64,000 nucleotides of DNA, taken from a virus. Of this stretch, positions 27,264 through 37,015 are shown one piece after another (the stretch's first letter is position 1; every line of letters starts with the position of its first letter). The DNA lies in IMG/VR virus record IMGVR_UViG_3300028558_000022, positions 26,979-90,978 of that record; one strand, written 5' to 3'. The translations under genes were made by a program, and so were the position numbers. The notes below the pieces were generated by a model. The model was given only the letters and a program-made list of their open reading frames with translations, had not been told where the DNA came from and did no database searches.

Positions 27264-28628
27264 TTACGCCGCGATCTTCAGCTCTCGTGAAGTAGTGATC
27301 GCGGGTTGTGCTTCATCGTTGTAGAACGCCATGCCGACAAGACCTTCGTCTTTGTTCCAAACGTATGCCTCGGCTGCCCTGATGTTTCCAACGAAGCCAT
27401 TCTCGCTGTGCCAATCGTCCGGGGGACAGAGGGCGGGGAGCACGCGGACGCGAACGCCGTGTTGCTCATCCATCTTTGTCATGTGTGTATGCCCGGTATG
27501 GCACTCGCGAAACTTTGTCGATCCGAACATCTCCGGCTTTTCTGTAGCCATCAGCAACGGGTAATCTGTGCGCTTGCCCTTGTCACCGTGCGTGAACATG
27601 AGCATGACCTTGCCGTGCTGGAAATACTTGCGGAGTGTTGGTTCGTTGTCGATCTCAACGTCTGTGTACTTGTGGAAGTAACATTCGAGAGAATCGCCCA
27701 GATGCCAAACGGACTGCTGATCGTGGTTACCGCTCACCATCACAACCCGAACTGGGGCAATCTGGCGAAGACGTTCGATGCACGCCGTAATTGTCTTGCG
27801 GACCTTCCAGAAGGTTTTGTAGTAGCGACCGTCCGTCGTCACACGGGTACCGCGCGTCGTCTGATCTTCGAGGTTGTCCGAGTTGAACAAGTCGTTGCCG
27901 ACAACGAAGACGACCTGATCGTACTTGTAACCCTTTGAGCGTTCGATGAGAGTCTCAAGAGCACGAATGAACATGCCCTCAGCAATCTTGACATCGTAGT
28001 TCTCGTAGCCGGTCTCGACGCCCCATGCGAGCTTGCCGAAGTGAGTGTCGGGGATGTTGATTTCCAACACGTTGCCGGATCGCACAATCGACCGAACAAC
28101 CGGAGACGGGATACGAGCGGCGGCCTTGGCGTCTGCCTTCAGGCGCTCGATCTCTTTGCGGATCGCAATGACTTCGGTACGGCGCCTGAAAGTGGCCTTG
28201 ATTTGGAACAGCTCTTCAACGACTATACCTTTGAGTTGTCCGTCTGCCTTATCAGCGGCACCCATCTCCCATTTGTTCGCGATGAAGCGTTCGACTTCCC
28301 ACACGGAAGTGTCAATTTGAAAACGCTCAATCAACTCTGGAAGGGTTTGAATCCGGCTCTTGAGAGTTAAATCCCACTTGTCGCCGTGGAAGACACTCGT
28401 CTCTTCCGGCTCTTGTGGCTTTTGGGATTTGGCCGGTCCGAGTCCCGCAGCGTTGCGAAACTGGGTGAAGTCTGAAAAGTATTTAGACCACTGAGAATCT
28501 TTATTGAACTTCCCGTGGTGTCTATAGAAATCGCGATTGATCGTCGCGTTAGGGAACTTCTGTCCAAGGCGTTTTAGATCATCGATCAGTTCCCTCTTGG
28601 ATGGGAACCCCTTCGTCCTACTACTCAT
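27264..28628 (-). CDS. Calcineurin-like metallophosphoesterase with a long N-terminal extension
   Basis: DTHFG, GND, GNHD, HGD and GHTH motifs. Confidence 0.85.
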   Translation of the reverse strand: MSSRTKGFPSKRELIDDLKRLGQKFPNATINRDFYRHHGKFNKDSQWSKYFSDFTQFRNAAGLGPAKSQKPQEPEETSVFHGDKWDLTLKSRIQTLPELIERFQIDTSVWEVERFIANKWEMGAADKADGQLKGIVVEELFQIKATFRRRTEVIAIRKEIERLKADAKAAARIPSPVVRSIVRSGNVLEINIPDTHFGKLAWGVETGYENYDVKIAEGMFIRALETLIERSKGYKYDQVVFVVGNDLFNSDNLEDQTTRGTRVTTDGRYYKTFWKVRKTITACIERLRQIAPVRVVMVSGNHDQQSVWHLGDSLECYFHKYTDVEIDNEPTLRKYFQHGKVMLMFTHGDKGKRTDYPLLMATEKPEMFGSTKFRECHTGHTHMTKMDEQHGVRVRVLPALCPPDDWHSENGFVGNIRAAEAYVWNKDEGLVGMAFYNDEAQPAITTSRELKIAA

Positions 28629-28666
28629 CTGCCTCCATACGTGGATTTGACACCGACTGCTCAATC

Positions 28667-28695
28667 ATAATAGCAAAATCGGGACGAAATTGCAA
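28667..28695 (-). promoter_or_regulatory. Sigma70-like promoter TTGCAA-17-TATTAT for the phosphoesterase-RNR block
   Basis: Hexamers with 17-bp spacing upstream of the GGAGG RBS. Confidence 0.55.
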
Positions 28696-28699
28696 GTGA

Positions 28700-29080
28700 T
28701 TATTTTGCCTTTTTCGCCTTGGGTTTCGGTTTGGCTGGAGCCTTCGGTTTGGTCTGACTCTTGCGAGCGCGGGCCGGGGCCATCACCGGATCGGGCGCCA
28801 TGTAGAAAGTTCGGAAGTCGTCGCGGAGATCGCGAAAGCCGCGATCAGTTACGGCCTGTAATGTACTGAACCCGCTCGCGATTGTCTCTGTCTGCTTTGT
28901 AAGTTCGGTGTTCGCAATGGCTACGTCGGACTTGAGACCCTTGAGGTCTTTCTCGCGAATGTCCTTAACCCAGTTCAAGCCGTTAAACACGGCCCATAGA
29001 CCTCCGACTAAACCTGCCCAAAATTTGATTTCAGGGTAGAGCTTAATGAGAAGTGAAGGGTCAATGTTCGATTGGATCAC
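28700..29080 (-). CDS. Membrane protein, holin-associated
   Basis: One TM plus coiled coil, next to the holin-like gene. Confidence 0.5.
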   Translation of the reverse strand: MIQSNIDPSLLIKLYPEIKFWAGLVGGLWAVFNGLNWVKDIREKDLKGLKSDVAIANTELTKQTETIASGFSTLQAVTDRGFRDLRDDFRTFYMAPDPVMAPARARKSQTKPKAPAKPKPKAKKAK

Positions 29081-29355
29081 TGCTGGTCTCCATCTTTGTC
29101 CGCATCCTTCCGGCCAAACTTATTGCCAAGGTATGCGCTCGCTCCGGCAGCGAGTACAGCCGCGATGCCGTAAAACTGTCCTTCCGTTGGAAGAGACTTG
29201 TGTACGACAAAGTTCGCGATCATCAGGCCCGATAGCGTACCGCCGACCATTAGGCCGAGAATACGACTTGAGCTTCCGTTACCGTTCGGCTCTGAGGGTA
29301 TGGTTTTGATCCACTTACCGCACGAACCGAGTAATGCAAAAATCTTTTGCCACAT
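29077..29355 (-). CDS. Putative holin (2 TM)
   Basis: SSSR followed by two TM helices and a charged C-terminus. Confidence 0.6.
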   Translation of the reverse strand: MWQKIFALLGSCGKWIKTIPSEPNGNGSSSRILGLMVGGTLSGLMIANFVVHKSLPTEGQFYGIAAVLAAGASAYLGNKFGRKDADKDGDQQ

Positions 29356-29361
29356 GATGCC

Positions 29362-29766
29362 TCACACGAACAAGGCCAAGGTGTTCATCTCCATTACGCG
29401 GCGATGCACTTCTGACTGGCCCAGAATCTTCTCTTTGAAGAACGGAGTCGAAACGTCCCGTGTGTCGCACCAGTAAAGGGCGCCGTTCGAGTGATCGTTC
29501 GTACCGTCGTAGATGCCCTCTACTTCGTGAAGCAATCTCACGAATCCCGGCTCCCATATTGCGGGCGTGCCGGTCGGCATCTCGGTTGTTGCTGCGAAGT
29601 TTGGAATTTTGTCGAGAACCTCAAGGACCGTTCCCCATCCAAGGCGAACCCGGTTCATTAGGCACGACATAATCATGCAAGCGGCCAAATGACCACCGTA
29701 CTGTTTTCCCCAGCGCCATCCCGTAAGGACTAGCTGAGACTTTTGAAAATCGTCTTGACGAAGCAC
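29362..29766 (-). CDS. SleB/Hydrolase_2-like cell-wall hydrolase homolog
   Basis: MNRVR...D.SNGALYW...LF pattern. Confidence 0.55.
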   Translation of the reverse strand: MLRQDDFQKSQLVLTGWRWGKQYGGHLAACMIMSCLMNRVRLGWGTVLEVLDKIPNFAATTEMPTGTPAIWEPGFVRLLHEVEGIYDGTNDHSNGALYWCDTRDVSTPFFKEKILGQSEVHRRVMEMNTLALFV

Positions 29767-29778
29767 GTTACCTCAGTT

Positions 29779-29830
29779 CTTTGACAAAATGACAAACAAT
29801 TGACAAGGCCCCAGCACTGTGATAAACCTC
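29779..29830 (+). promoter_or_regulatory. Degenerate operator plus TTGACA promoter, antisense to the late operon
   Basis: CTTTGACAAAATGACAAAC followed by TTGACA (29800) and a GGAGG RBS. Confidence 0.5.
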
Positions 29831-29845
29831 TCTGATGGAGGTTCT

Positions 29846-29983
29846 ATGTTGTCAGTGATTACGGGCCTTGTACTGATTGTCGGTGCGATTTGCTACTTGG
29901 GGTTGATTATTCTTCGAGTCATGTTTCCTACTGACCCAGCGCCCCCGCTACGCTCTGGTAGACGTTCTTCAGACCACTTCTGA
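29846..29983 (+). CDS. 45-aa single-TM peptide, moron-like (not in the ORF track)
   Basis: GGAGG RBS; MLSVITGLVLIVGAICYLGLIILRVMFPTDPAPPLRSGRRSSDHF. Confidence 0.55.
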   Translation: MLSVITGLVLIVGAICYLGLIILRVMFPTDPAPPLRSGRRSSDHF

Positions 29984-32000
29984 TCGACTCTGAGTTCTGG
30001 GCTAACGTGCCCCGAGCTACATTCGCAGCCGTCTTAGCGGTCCCGCTGTTGGCGGCCTTCCCAGCCGCCCGGAACGTTGCCCAGACTGCCGGGTGATTCG
30101 CGACGTAGTTGAGCATTTCCCTGCCCTTGGCGATCCCGCCGCCTTCAGCGACAGTCAAGCCGAGCAAGGTACCAAGCCCGACGCCTAACGGCCCGGACAC
30201 CGGTCCCAACGCTCCTGCCGCCGCGCCAACTCCGCCGAGTACGCCGAGTCGCGTAAGATGCTGAAGCTCTGCGGCTGACTGAGCGTCGCGAACGAGTTTA
30301 TTCAACCCGTTCTTGGCATTGTTCATGTCGAACAGGTTGCCCTTCGTCTCTTCATTCACCCGCTTCCAAGTCTCAATGAACTTCGCCGGGTTGAACCGGT
30401 CGTTTTCAACTGAGTCTTGCAGCATCGTTCCGAATACCTGCCGTCCGAATTGCTTCAAACCGTCGTATCCGACAATGCCCTCAAGGGCGTCCGTGTTGAA
30501 CCGAATCTTACCGGCTGTAGGAAGTGCCGTACCGTTACGCACGACGCCGACAAAATCCTTGGCAGCATCGTCAACCTTACCGTCTCTCAACTTCTGAATG
30601 ACAGGGTTGTCGAACAGGTTGATCTTGTCACGATAGTTCGCCCGGAGCTGACGGTAATCCGAGAGTGCCGAAGCATCCCCGGACTGTTCGGCTAAGTGTT
30701 CGATGGTTTCATCCATCGGAGACACCTTGTCACCAAAGCCGTTAATGAGCGAACGCAGTGCGCGTGAGTTCACATCACCGTACTCGTAAGAGTCGGCTAG
30801 TTTGCGGACTGTCTGACGTAGTGTTACAAGATCGTTGACCTTGTACGGAGGGGCGAGCTTTGTTGTAGCTTCGGCCTCATTAGCGGGTATGGTATTTCCG
30901 AACTGATCGAGTAGACCGGACGGTTCGGCTGCGGCTTCCCCTTCACCGGGCAGCTCACCTGAAGCGATGGATTCCAGAAGGGACTTTACTTTCTTATCGA
31001 GTCTGTCGCCCGCCGCTTGTTTCGCCTGTGAAACAGTTGGGTGTTCCTCAGGGTTCGGTTCAGAGAGAAGTTCCTTTGCTTTACCGGCAAGAGGATTGTC
31101 CTGTGCGCTGACCTCAGCACCTTGAAGCCTGTCGTTTAAGTCCTGAATACCGGACTCGTAGTTTGTATGGAGATCATCCTTTGCCTTATTGATCTTGTTA
31201 GAGATCGACTGGGCAACTTCTTCTTTCGTCGGGGCGTTACCAGCGACTCTCGCGAGATTCGCAGCGCCCTCGGCAGATGATCCGAAATGACTAAGGACTT
31301 TCCCGACAGCGCCGGTCCCCGTAGACAATGCACCGGCAGTCGCGCCAGTTGTTGCCGCATCCTTGGCAGCTTCTCCCGCATCACCAGTACGAGCGAGAGT
31401 CTGGGCGCCTTGTACGATGCCCGCCTCAGTTCCATGAAGTCCAGCTTCTTTCAGAACAGAAGCGCCAACCTTCAGAGCTTGTACGATTCGAGGAGAACCT
31501 TCAACAGTCCTCATTGTCTTGGCAGCGATTTCCAAACGCTTTGCCAGAGGCAGAGCTTTCAGAGCTTCATCACCTAGCATGAACTCCATCAGGGTTTCGC
31601 CACCATACCCAACTTCTTGAGCGGTTCCCTGAGGGGTTGCCATTTCCTTTACGTGCTGAAGATCGGCGGGCTTTCCAAATCCGAAATTGGAATTTGTAAG
31701 TACCGCTGGAAGATGCTTGCGTGCCCATTCATCCGTACCGGACAACGTACTGAGTAAGCCCTTACCGGCACCGACAATCGCGTTCCCCGCAGCCTCACCG
31801 GTCTTCTCAAGGAACCCTTCATCTTGTCCGGGTTGTGAAGTGGATGTCGGCTGTGAAGGCTGACCCGGTGTATTCGGATTGTCTCCGATCACAGCGCCTT
31901 GCGGGATCGCAGCTCCCGTAGGTGCGTCGCCAATTGTGGCGCCTTGCGGGATAGCGGCACCCGGAGATGCCGCCTGAGTTGGATCGTTCAAACCTGCCAT
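29928..32000 (-). CDS. Putative internal virion/DNA ejection protein
   Basis: Ala/Gly-rich helical 690 aa; last gene of the podovirus ejection block. Confidence 0.6.
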   Translation of the reverse strand: MAGLNDPTQAASPGAAIPQGATIGDAPTGAAIPQGAVIGDNPNTPGQPSQPTSTSQPGQDEGFLEKTGEAAGNAIVGAGKGLLSTLSGTDEWARKHLPAVLTNSNFGFGKPADLQHVKEMATPQGTAQEVGYGGETLMEFMLGDEALKALPLAKRLEIAAKTMRTVEGSPRIVQALKVGASVLKEAGLHGTEAGIVQGAQTLARTGDAGEAAKDAATTGATAGALSTGTGAVGKVLSHFGSSAEGAANLARVAGNAPTKEEVAQSISNKINKAKDDLHTNYESGIQDLNDRLQGAEVSAQDNPLAGKAKELLSEPNPEEHPTVSQAKQAAGDRLDKKVKSLLESIASGELPGEGEAAAEPSGLLDQFGNTIPANEAEATTKLAPPYKVNDLVTLRQTVRKLADSYEYGDVNSRALRSLINGFGDKVSPMDETIEHLAEQSGDASALSDYRQLRANYRDKINLFDNPVIQKLRDGKVDDAAKDFVGVVRNGTALPTAGKIRFNTDALEGIVGYDGLKQFGRQVFGTMLQDSVENDRFNPAKFIETWKRVNEETKGNLFDMNNAKNGLNKLVRDAQSAAELQHLTRLGVLGGVGAAAGALGPVSGPLGVGLGTLLGLTVAEGGGIAKGREMLNYVANHPAVWATFRAAGKAANSGTAKTAANVARGTLAQNSESIRSGLKNVYQSVAGALGQ

Positions 32001-32009
32001 CTATTTCCT

Positions 32010-34778
32010 TTACTGACCTTGATACTGGTAGGAGAAGGTCTTCCCGTCCGCAGAGTAACCAGCAAACTTACCGTTCACCCAGACAGGCTTTTCGTTCGGC
32101 TGAGCCTGACGTACACCTTGCGGAATCTGAGGAGCTGACTGCAATCCGATTGCCTGAGCGACCGTCTGTCCCGGCCTTCCGCGACCATCGGAAGAACCGA
32201 AGATCGTACCGCCTGTGTCCATATCGCCGATGATGTTGGTTAGTTCTGGCATCATCTTGATTGTCTTCAGAGCGTCCGGGCTTACGAGACCGGGGAAGTT
32301 ACGACCAAACACACGCTTCCAGTCGTTGTTCGTTTCTTTCAACCGGTATGCAGAAGTCTCGGCAAATCTCTTGAGCTGCTCTTGGAGCTGTGCTGTTGAG
32401 AAGTGCATTGCGAGCAAATCGTCGCCAGCTTTCTTGTCGGATTCCGTCAGCGCATGGTTGTTGTTCAGAAACGTCATGAACTCGGACTTGACCGGCTGGA
32501 TCGCCGCAAGTACGGACGTGACGTTCGGATCGCCAAGCGCATCTTTACGAATCGCGTTTAGCGGTTTGTTGAGAAGAGGAGAACCGGTGTTCCGCAGATT
32601 GTTAACCGCCTCAGACGCCGCCCCGATATGATCGAACAGCGTGTTAAACGACTTGATCTGCTGAGACGCCTTGCCCGAATCCGTTGTGAAGTCCTTCCAC
32701 TTGTCGAGCTTCAATTCAGCGTTCGCCGGGTTGAAGTTCGGGTTGATCTTCTTCGCAAGGTCGTAGACCTTCGGACGGTCGGCGGTACGCTGAGAAATCA
32801 ACTTATCGAGAGCCATCATGTCCCCACTTGCGGGATCATTTGGGTCTCCGGCAATTGCCTTCGCATCGGCGTAATACGCAGCTTCGTTCTCTGCGTTCTT
32901 ATCAGCCCGTTCCTGAGCTTGACGCTTCAGAAGCTCATCGTTCTCAGCCTTCTTCTTTAGGGCATCGCCCTTCAAGAAAGCCTGTTGGTCGTAGTGATTG
33001 ATTAGGCTTGAGCCGCCGTAGAGTGCCATGATCTTTCCGGCCTCTTGCGGGTTCTTGGCGCCAAGCTCACCAATCGCCTTCGAGTAGTTCGGGATGCCAT
33101 TCTGAGAAGTGGCGTTCAGGTACGGTTGAAAATCCATCAAGGCGTCAACGAGAGTTGGATCGTCTTGAACGGCCTTTGCAAGATCGACCGGCTCATACGC
33201 GTCCTTCTCGCCCGGCTGAGGGGTTTGAGGGTTGTCGAGTCCAACGGCCTTCGAGATCGCATCAACGTACTGCTTTGTCTCTCCGTTGTCCGGTACATGA
33301 TCCGTAACGTTGCCCGGCCCAGCGTTATACGCCGCGAGCGCGAGCTTCGTGTCGCCCTTGTATTGATCGAGCAACTGTTTAAGGTAGCGAACTCCGCCGT
33401 CGATATTCTGCTGTGCGTTGGTCGGATCGCTTACGCCCAAAGTTTTTGCAGTATCAGGCATCAATTGCATGACGCCTACTGCGCCTTTCGGACTTTTCGC
33501 GTTCGGGTTGCCGCCTGATTCTTGCATGGCAACTGCCCGTACAAGAGCCTTCGGGACTCCATAACGATTCGCCGCGTCGTCAACAATTGTCTGAATTGAC
33601 TGGTCGTGCATTGTCGGCAACTGTAATGGCACATTGCCATTTTCAACGCCATCGTTGAGCGAACCGTAGTAGTCCTTTATGTCGCCTTCCGCGAGACGAA
33701 GGGCGCCGATCTTTGCCTTGTACCCGGCTGCCATGCTGAGGCGCATTGGCAAGCTATCCGGCAGTTTCGACGGCTTACCGTCGCTGTCAGCAAATCCGGG
33801 GAGACGATACTTCGCAGCCATAGCCTTATCTTCAGCCGAGAGGAAATCCCCTGACTTGAAGTGCGGATCAACTACGAGATACTGAACGTCCCACTGAGGT
33901 TCGCCGAACTGATTCGTGACTTGCTCACCGGTCTTTGGATCGACACGCTTAACGACTCCGATAGGGATGGCACTATCCTTCGTGACGTGATACTTCGACA
34001 AGTCACTCTCAGCTACCACGCCCTGAACCGCTTGCGGATACTGTTTCTGCAAAAGCTCGGCAAGTGGTTTGAATTGCTGAACGTAAGAGTCGTTCGCCTC
34101 GAAGCCAAGCCTACCCAACTGCACCGCGTTCTGGTGAAGACGCATATTCGTGTCTAACACCTGATAGTGGCGAGCGAAGTCGGCCTGTGCCTGTGCGTCC
34201 TGCTGTTGTTGCTGTTGTTGCTTTTCCTGTAGTGCCTGTTGGTAACCCGCTTCACCGGCACGTCCGACAGCTCCCGGTCCCTTTTGGGAAAGGCCCGCAA
34301 GCGAGCCACTGATCGCTTCCATAGCGATAGCCAAACCGATGTCAGTCTTCGACACCGGTACCGGAGTGCGAGTCATCTCTCCAGTGTTCGCGTCTATCTT
34401 CTCTGCGTAACGCGGGCCACCGGCAAGAGTTTGAGCGATTGTGTGAATGAGTCCGGCCTTCTGGACGGACGGGTGTTGTGAGACATCAGGCGCCGGAGCT
34501 TGTGGCGCCGGGGCGTTCGCATCCGGCTTACCCGGAGCCGATGGTGACTGTTGCTGCGGACCCTGTTGTGGACCCTGTTGCTGCGGGCCTTGCTGCCCGA
34601 CCGGAGGTTGAGGGGTACTCGCGCTCGCCGTCTCTGGGGCCGCGTCGTTCGTTGCAACCTGCCCACCATCGGGCGGATTTGACACACCCTCATACTGAGG
34701 TAATGTGCTTGTGTCCGTCGTATCGACAGAATCCGTGTTGCTCACTGGAGCATTTGAAGTCGAGATATTATCGCTCAT
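32010..34778 (-). CDS. Internal virion/ejection protein with a lytic transglycosylase (SLT) domain
   Basis: AMQESGGNPNAKSPKGAVGVMQLMP...ALAAYNAGPG. Confidence 0.85.
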   Translation of the reverse strand: MSDNISTSNAPVSNTDSVDTTDTSTLPQYEGVSNPPDGGQVATNDAAPETASASTPQPPVGQQGPQQQGPQQGPQQQSPSAPGKPDANAPAPQAPAPDVSQHPSVQKAGLIHTIAQTLAGGPRYAEKIDANTGEMTRTPVPVSKTDIGLAIAMEAISGSLAGLSQKGPGAVGRAGEAGYQQALQEKQQQQQQQDAQAQADFARHYQVLDTNMRLHQNAVQLGRLGFEANDSYVQQFKPLAELLQKQYPQAVQGVVAESDLSKYHVTKDSAIPIGVVKRVDPKTGEQVTNQFGEPQWDVQYLVVDPHFKSGDFLSAEDKAMAAKYRLPGFADSDGKPSKLPDSLPMRLSMAAGYKAKIGALRLAEGDIKDYYGSLNDGVENGNVPLQLPTMHDQSIQTIVDDAANRYGVPKALVRAVAMQESGGNPNAKSPKGAVGVMQLMPDTAKTLGVSDPTNAQQNIDGGVRYLKQLLDQYKGDTKLALAAYNAGPGNVTDHVPDNGETKQYVDAISKAVGLDNPQTPQPGEKDAYEPVDLAKAVQDDPTLVDALMDFQPYLNATSQNGIPNYSKAIGELGAKNPQEAGKIMALYGGSSLINHYDQQAFLKGDALKKKAENDELLKRQAQERADKNAENEAAYYADAKAIAGDPNDPASGDMMALDKLISQRTADRPKVYDLAKKINPNFNPANAELKLDKWKDFTTDSGKASQQIKSFNTLFDHIGAASEAVNNLRNTGSPLLNKPLNAIRKDALGDPNVTSVLAAIQPVKSEFMTFLNNNHALTESDKKAGDDLLAMHFSTAQLQEQLKRFAETSAYRLKETNNDWKRVFGRNFPGLVSPDALKTIKMMPELTNIIGDMDTGGTIFGSSDGRGRPGQTVAQAIGLQSAPQIPQGVRQAQPNEKPVWVNGKFAGYSADGKTFSYQYQGQ

Positions 34779-34837
34779 CTAGTTTCCTTAGGCGTTCGCA
34801 GTGCTCAATGGCCCGCTCGCTACCGGCAGAAGGTTAC

Positions 34838-35590
34838 TCACACCGCCGCCGCCGCTTTATTACCGCTACCGAAGTTCCGCAACATACCGCCAGTAGCCGC
34901 GCCAGCCACGCCGCCAAGTGCGCCCGTCACAGCTTGTACCCAAGAGTTGTTCTCTTGTGCTATCTGGTTTGCCGTGTTCGCGGTTCCCTCTTGCGAGCTT
35001 GTCGCAGCATTACCCGCCGATGTAGCCGGGTTGAATACATTCGGAGCATCTGACAACCGCTCGGCGGCGAACTGATAGTTCTGGCGCCCTTGGTTGTAAT
35101 TGGCCTGATCGATTTGACTAAGCTCACTTGAGGTCTGGTTAGCCGCGCTCTCCGCAAGGTTGAGATCGGTCCCCACCTTCGCACCGCTTGTGATGCCGGG
35201 TGTATTTCCGCCGCCCTGTGCGGCCTGTGCTTGGCCGACCGCCTGACGCGCGTTTCTGTACGCCTGACCGGTTGATGTGATCGCGTTCGATTGAAGGTTC
35301 GCCTTCTCCGCCGCTGAGAACCCTTCCTGATTCGGTCCGGCCTGAACGGTCGGTAGGAAAGTGTTGACAAGATCGTTGAACACCTTTGACGAGTTGCCAA
35401 AGATTTGCGAAGCCTGTTGAACCAACTGCTGAGAGAATTGGGATTGCTGTTGCTGGATTTGATTCTGTGCCGATGTCGCACCGCAGAGCTGTGCAACCGG
35501 ACCATCGTAATCGAAGGACTCTTCGTACTCTCGAACGTATTGTCCGCTGGCTTCATCCCAGCTCATGACCAGCGTTGTGTAAATCTTCAT
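34838..35590 (-). CDS. Putative DNA pilot/ejection protein
   Basis: Gln/Ala/Asn-rich with a Gly-rich hydrophobic C-terminus; position. Confidence 0.55.
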   Translation of the reverse strand: MKIYTTLVMSWDEASGQYVREYEESFDYDGPVAQLCGATSAQNQIQQQQSQFSQQLVQQASQIFGNSSKVFNDLVNTFLPTVQAGPNQEGFSAAEKANLQSNAITSTGQAYRNARQAVGQAQAAQGGGNTPGITSGAKVGTDLNLAESAANQTSSELSQIDQANYNQGRQNYQFAAERLSDAPNVFNPATSAGNAATSSQEGTANTANQIAQENNSWVQAVTGALGGVAGAATGGMLRNFGSGNKAAAAV

Positions 35591-35973
35591 GCTAGAAACT
35601 TCCTCAATTCGCCTTGGCTCTCCTCAAAGCCGAATCGCTTGGTACAAAAGGCCCGTAACAAGTCGTTGTTCGTGTTGAACACTATCTCGGTAAAGCCGTT
35701 CTCTTTTGCTTTGGCAGCCAGTTTGTCGAACCCTTCCAGCATTGCCTTCATGTTACGCTTCTTGTCCAAGTTCGAGACGTACTGGATGTCGAGTCGAAGG
35801 GCCTTCGTGCCCCGGACGAAACAGATGGGACCAAGTTCGTCTTCGTAGACCTTGCAAATGCTTCCGGGATTAGTGAAGAACTTGACCTCAGTCCCTTGGT
35901 GATGTTCGTCTTTGGCAAGACTTAACTCCAGCAACTCTAAGTCGCCCGGTTCAAGAAATCTGTCTGTTACCAT
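35587..35973 (-). CDS. Hypothetical protein, GNAT-like (position typical of podovirus assembly factors)
   Basis: C-terminal ...RAFCTKRFGFEE resembles the GNAT end motif. Confidence 0.45.
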   Translation of the reverse strand: MVTDRFLEPGDLELLELSLAKDEHHQGTEVKFFTNPGSICKVYEDELGPICFVRGTKALRLDIQYVSNLDKKRNMKAMLEGFDKLAAKAKENGFTEIVFNTNNDLLRAFCTKRFGFEESQGELRKFLA

Positions 35974-35983
35974 TTCACTCCGT

Positions 35984-37015
35984 TTAGTAGATGACGCACG
36001 TATTCCCCCCACTTGAAGGGGGCGCGATAATTATCTGGAAGGTATGGGTACCTAATGATCCATTCGCATCAGTGACTCCGATACTAAAGGTGTACGTACC
36101 TACTACACTCGGCGTACCTGATATCACACCGGTAGTGCTGTTCAAATTGGTCCCTGTTGGTAATGATCCAGACGACACGGCGAATGTAAACGGCGGCGTA
36201 CCGTTTACAACCGATATGGTTACTGAATACGCTGTGCCTAAGGAACCCCCAATTAGGTTTTGGACAATAGGGCTAGGGTTGTTCCCGATGACAAGATAAC
36301 TTGGTTTCCCTTTCTGAGCGTAAGCCGGACCTTTAGGAACAACTTCAGACCCTAACTTATTGCCTTTCACAACAAGAGCAGCAACTCCGGTACGAAGCTC
36401 CAGAGCTGCGGCTGCGTACTGGTTAATAGCACTACTGCCCATCTGTGTGCCGACTGTGAAGGCTGTGTTGGGGTATTGAATCGGTCCTACATCGACCAGT
36501 GCGATAGACGCAGTAGTAAGTGCAGGAATCACACTCTGTCTGAGAGTTCCTAGTAACGCCCCAGTAAATGTTTGACCTGACGTTGTGGCTACAGCTATAG
36601 CCCCAACACCCCAACTTCCGTTGTCCTGTGTGTTTATAGCGCAATCTGGGATGTTAGTGTTTCCCGTAGCAGACGGACCTATGTTCCCTAAGCCAGTCAT
36701 TCCGGCATACTCTTCGTATGCTGCACTTGCCAACGTCGAGCCACTGAAGTTTATGGTGATCGTCCTGCTACCCGTCGCAGCAGTTACCGGACCAGACCAC
36801 AGCTCAACTCGTACATTCGAGCTGTTGTTGGCTGCGGTGATTAAAGTGTAGGTATTAACGCCATCAGTGATACTTGACACGCTCACCGAGGTATTAGCGA
36901 TAGCGATCCCTATGACGACTCGTTGGCCGTTAGTCAGTGTGTTTGCGGCAAACGCAAGTGATGTTGCCGCAGATGAGAGACTGGCCGTTGCTCCAGTTGT
37001 TGCACTGATAGCCAT
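35984..37015 (-). CDS. Tail/fibre protein with a C-terminal putative Ig (He_PIG) domain
   Basis: GTPPFTFAVSSGSLPTG.NLNSTTGVISGTP...GTYTF.I.VTD. Confidence 0.7.
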   Translation of the reverse strand: MAISATTGATASLSSAATSLAFAANTLTNGQRVVIGIAIANTSVSVSSITDGVNTYTLITAANNSSNVRVELWSGPVTAATGSRTITINFSGSTLASAAYEEYAGMTGLGNIGPSATGNTNIPDCAINTQDNGSWGVGAIAVATTSGQTFTGALLGTLRQSVIPALTTASIALVDVGPIQYPNTAFTVGTQMGSSAINQYAAAALELRTGVAALVVKGNKLGSEVVPKGPAYAQKGKPSYLVIGNNPSPIVQNLIGGSLGTAYSVTISVVNGTPPFTFAVSSGSLPTGTNLNSTTGVISGTPSVVGTYTFSIGVTDANGSLGTHTFQIIIAPPSSGGNTCVIY

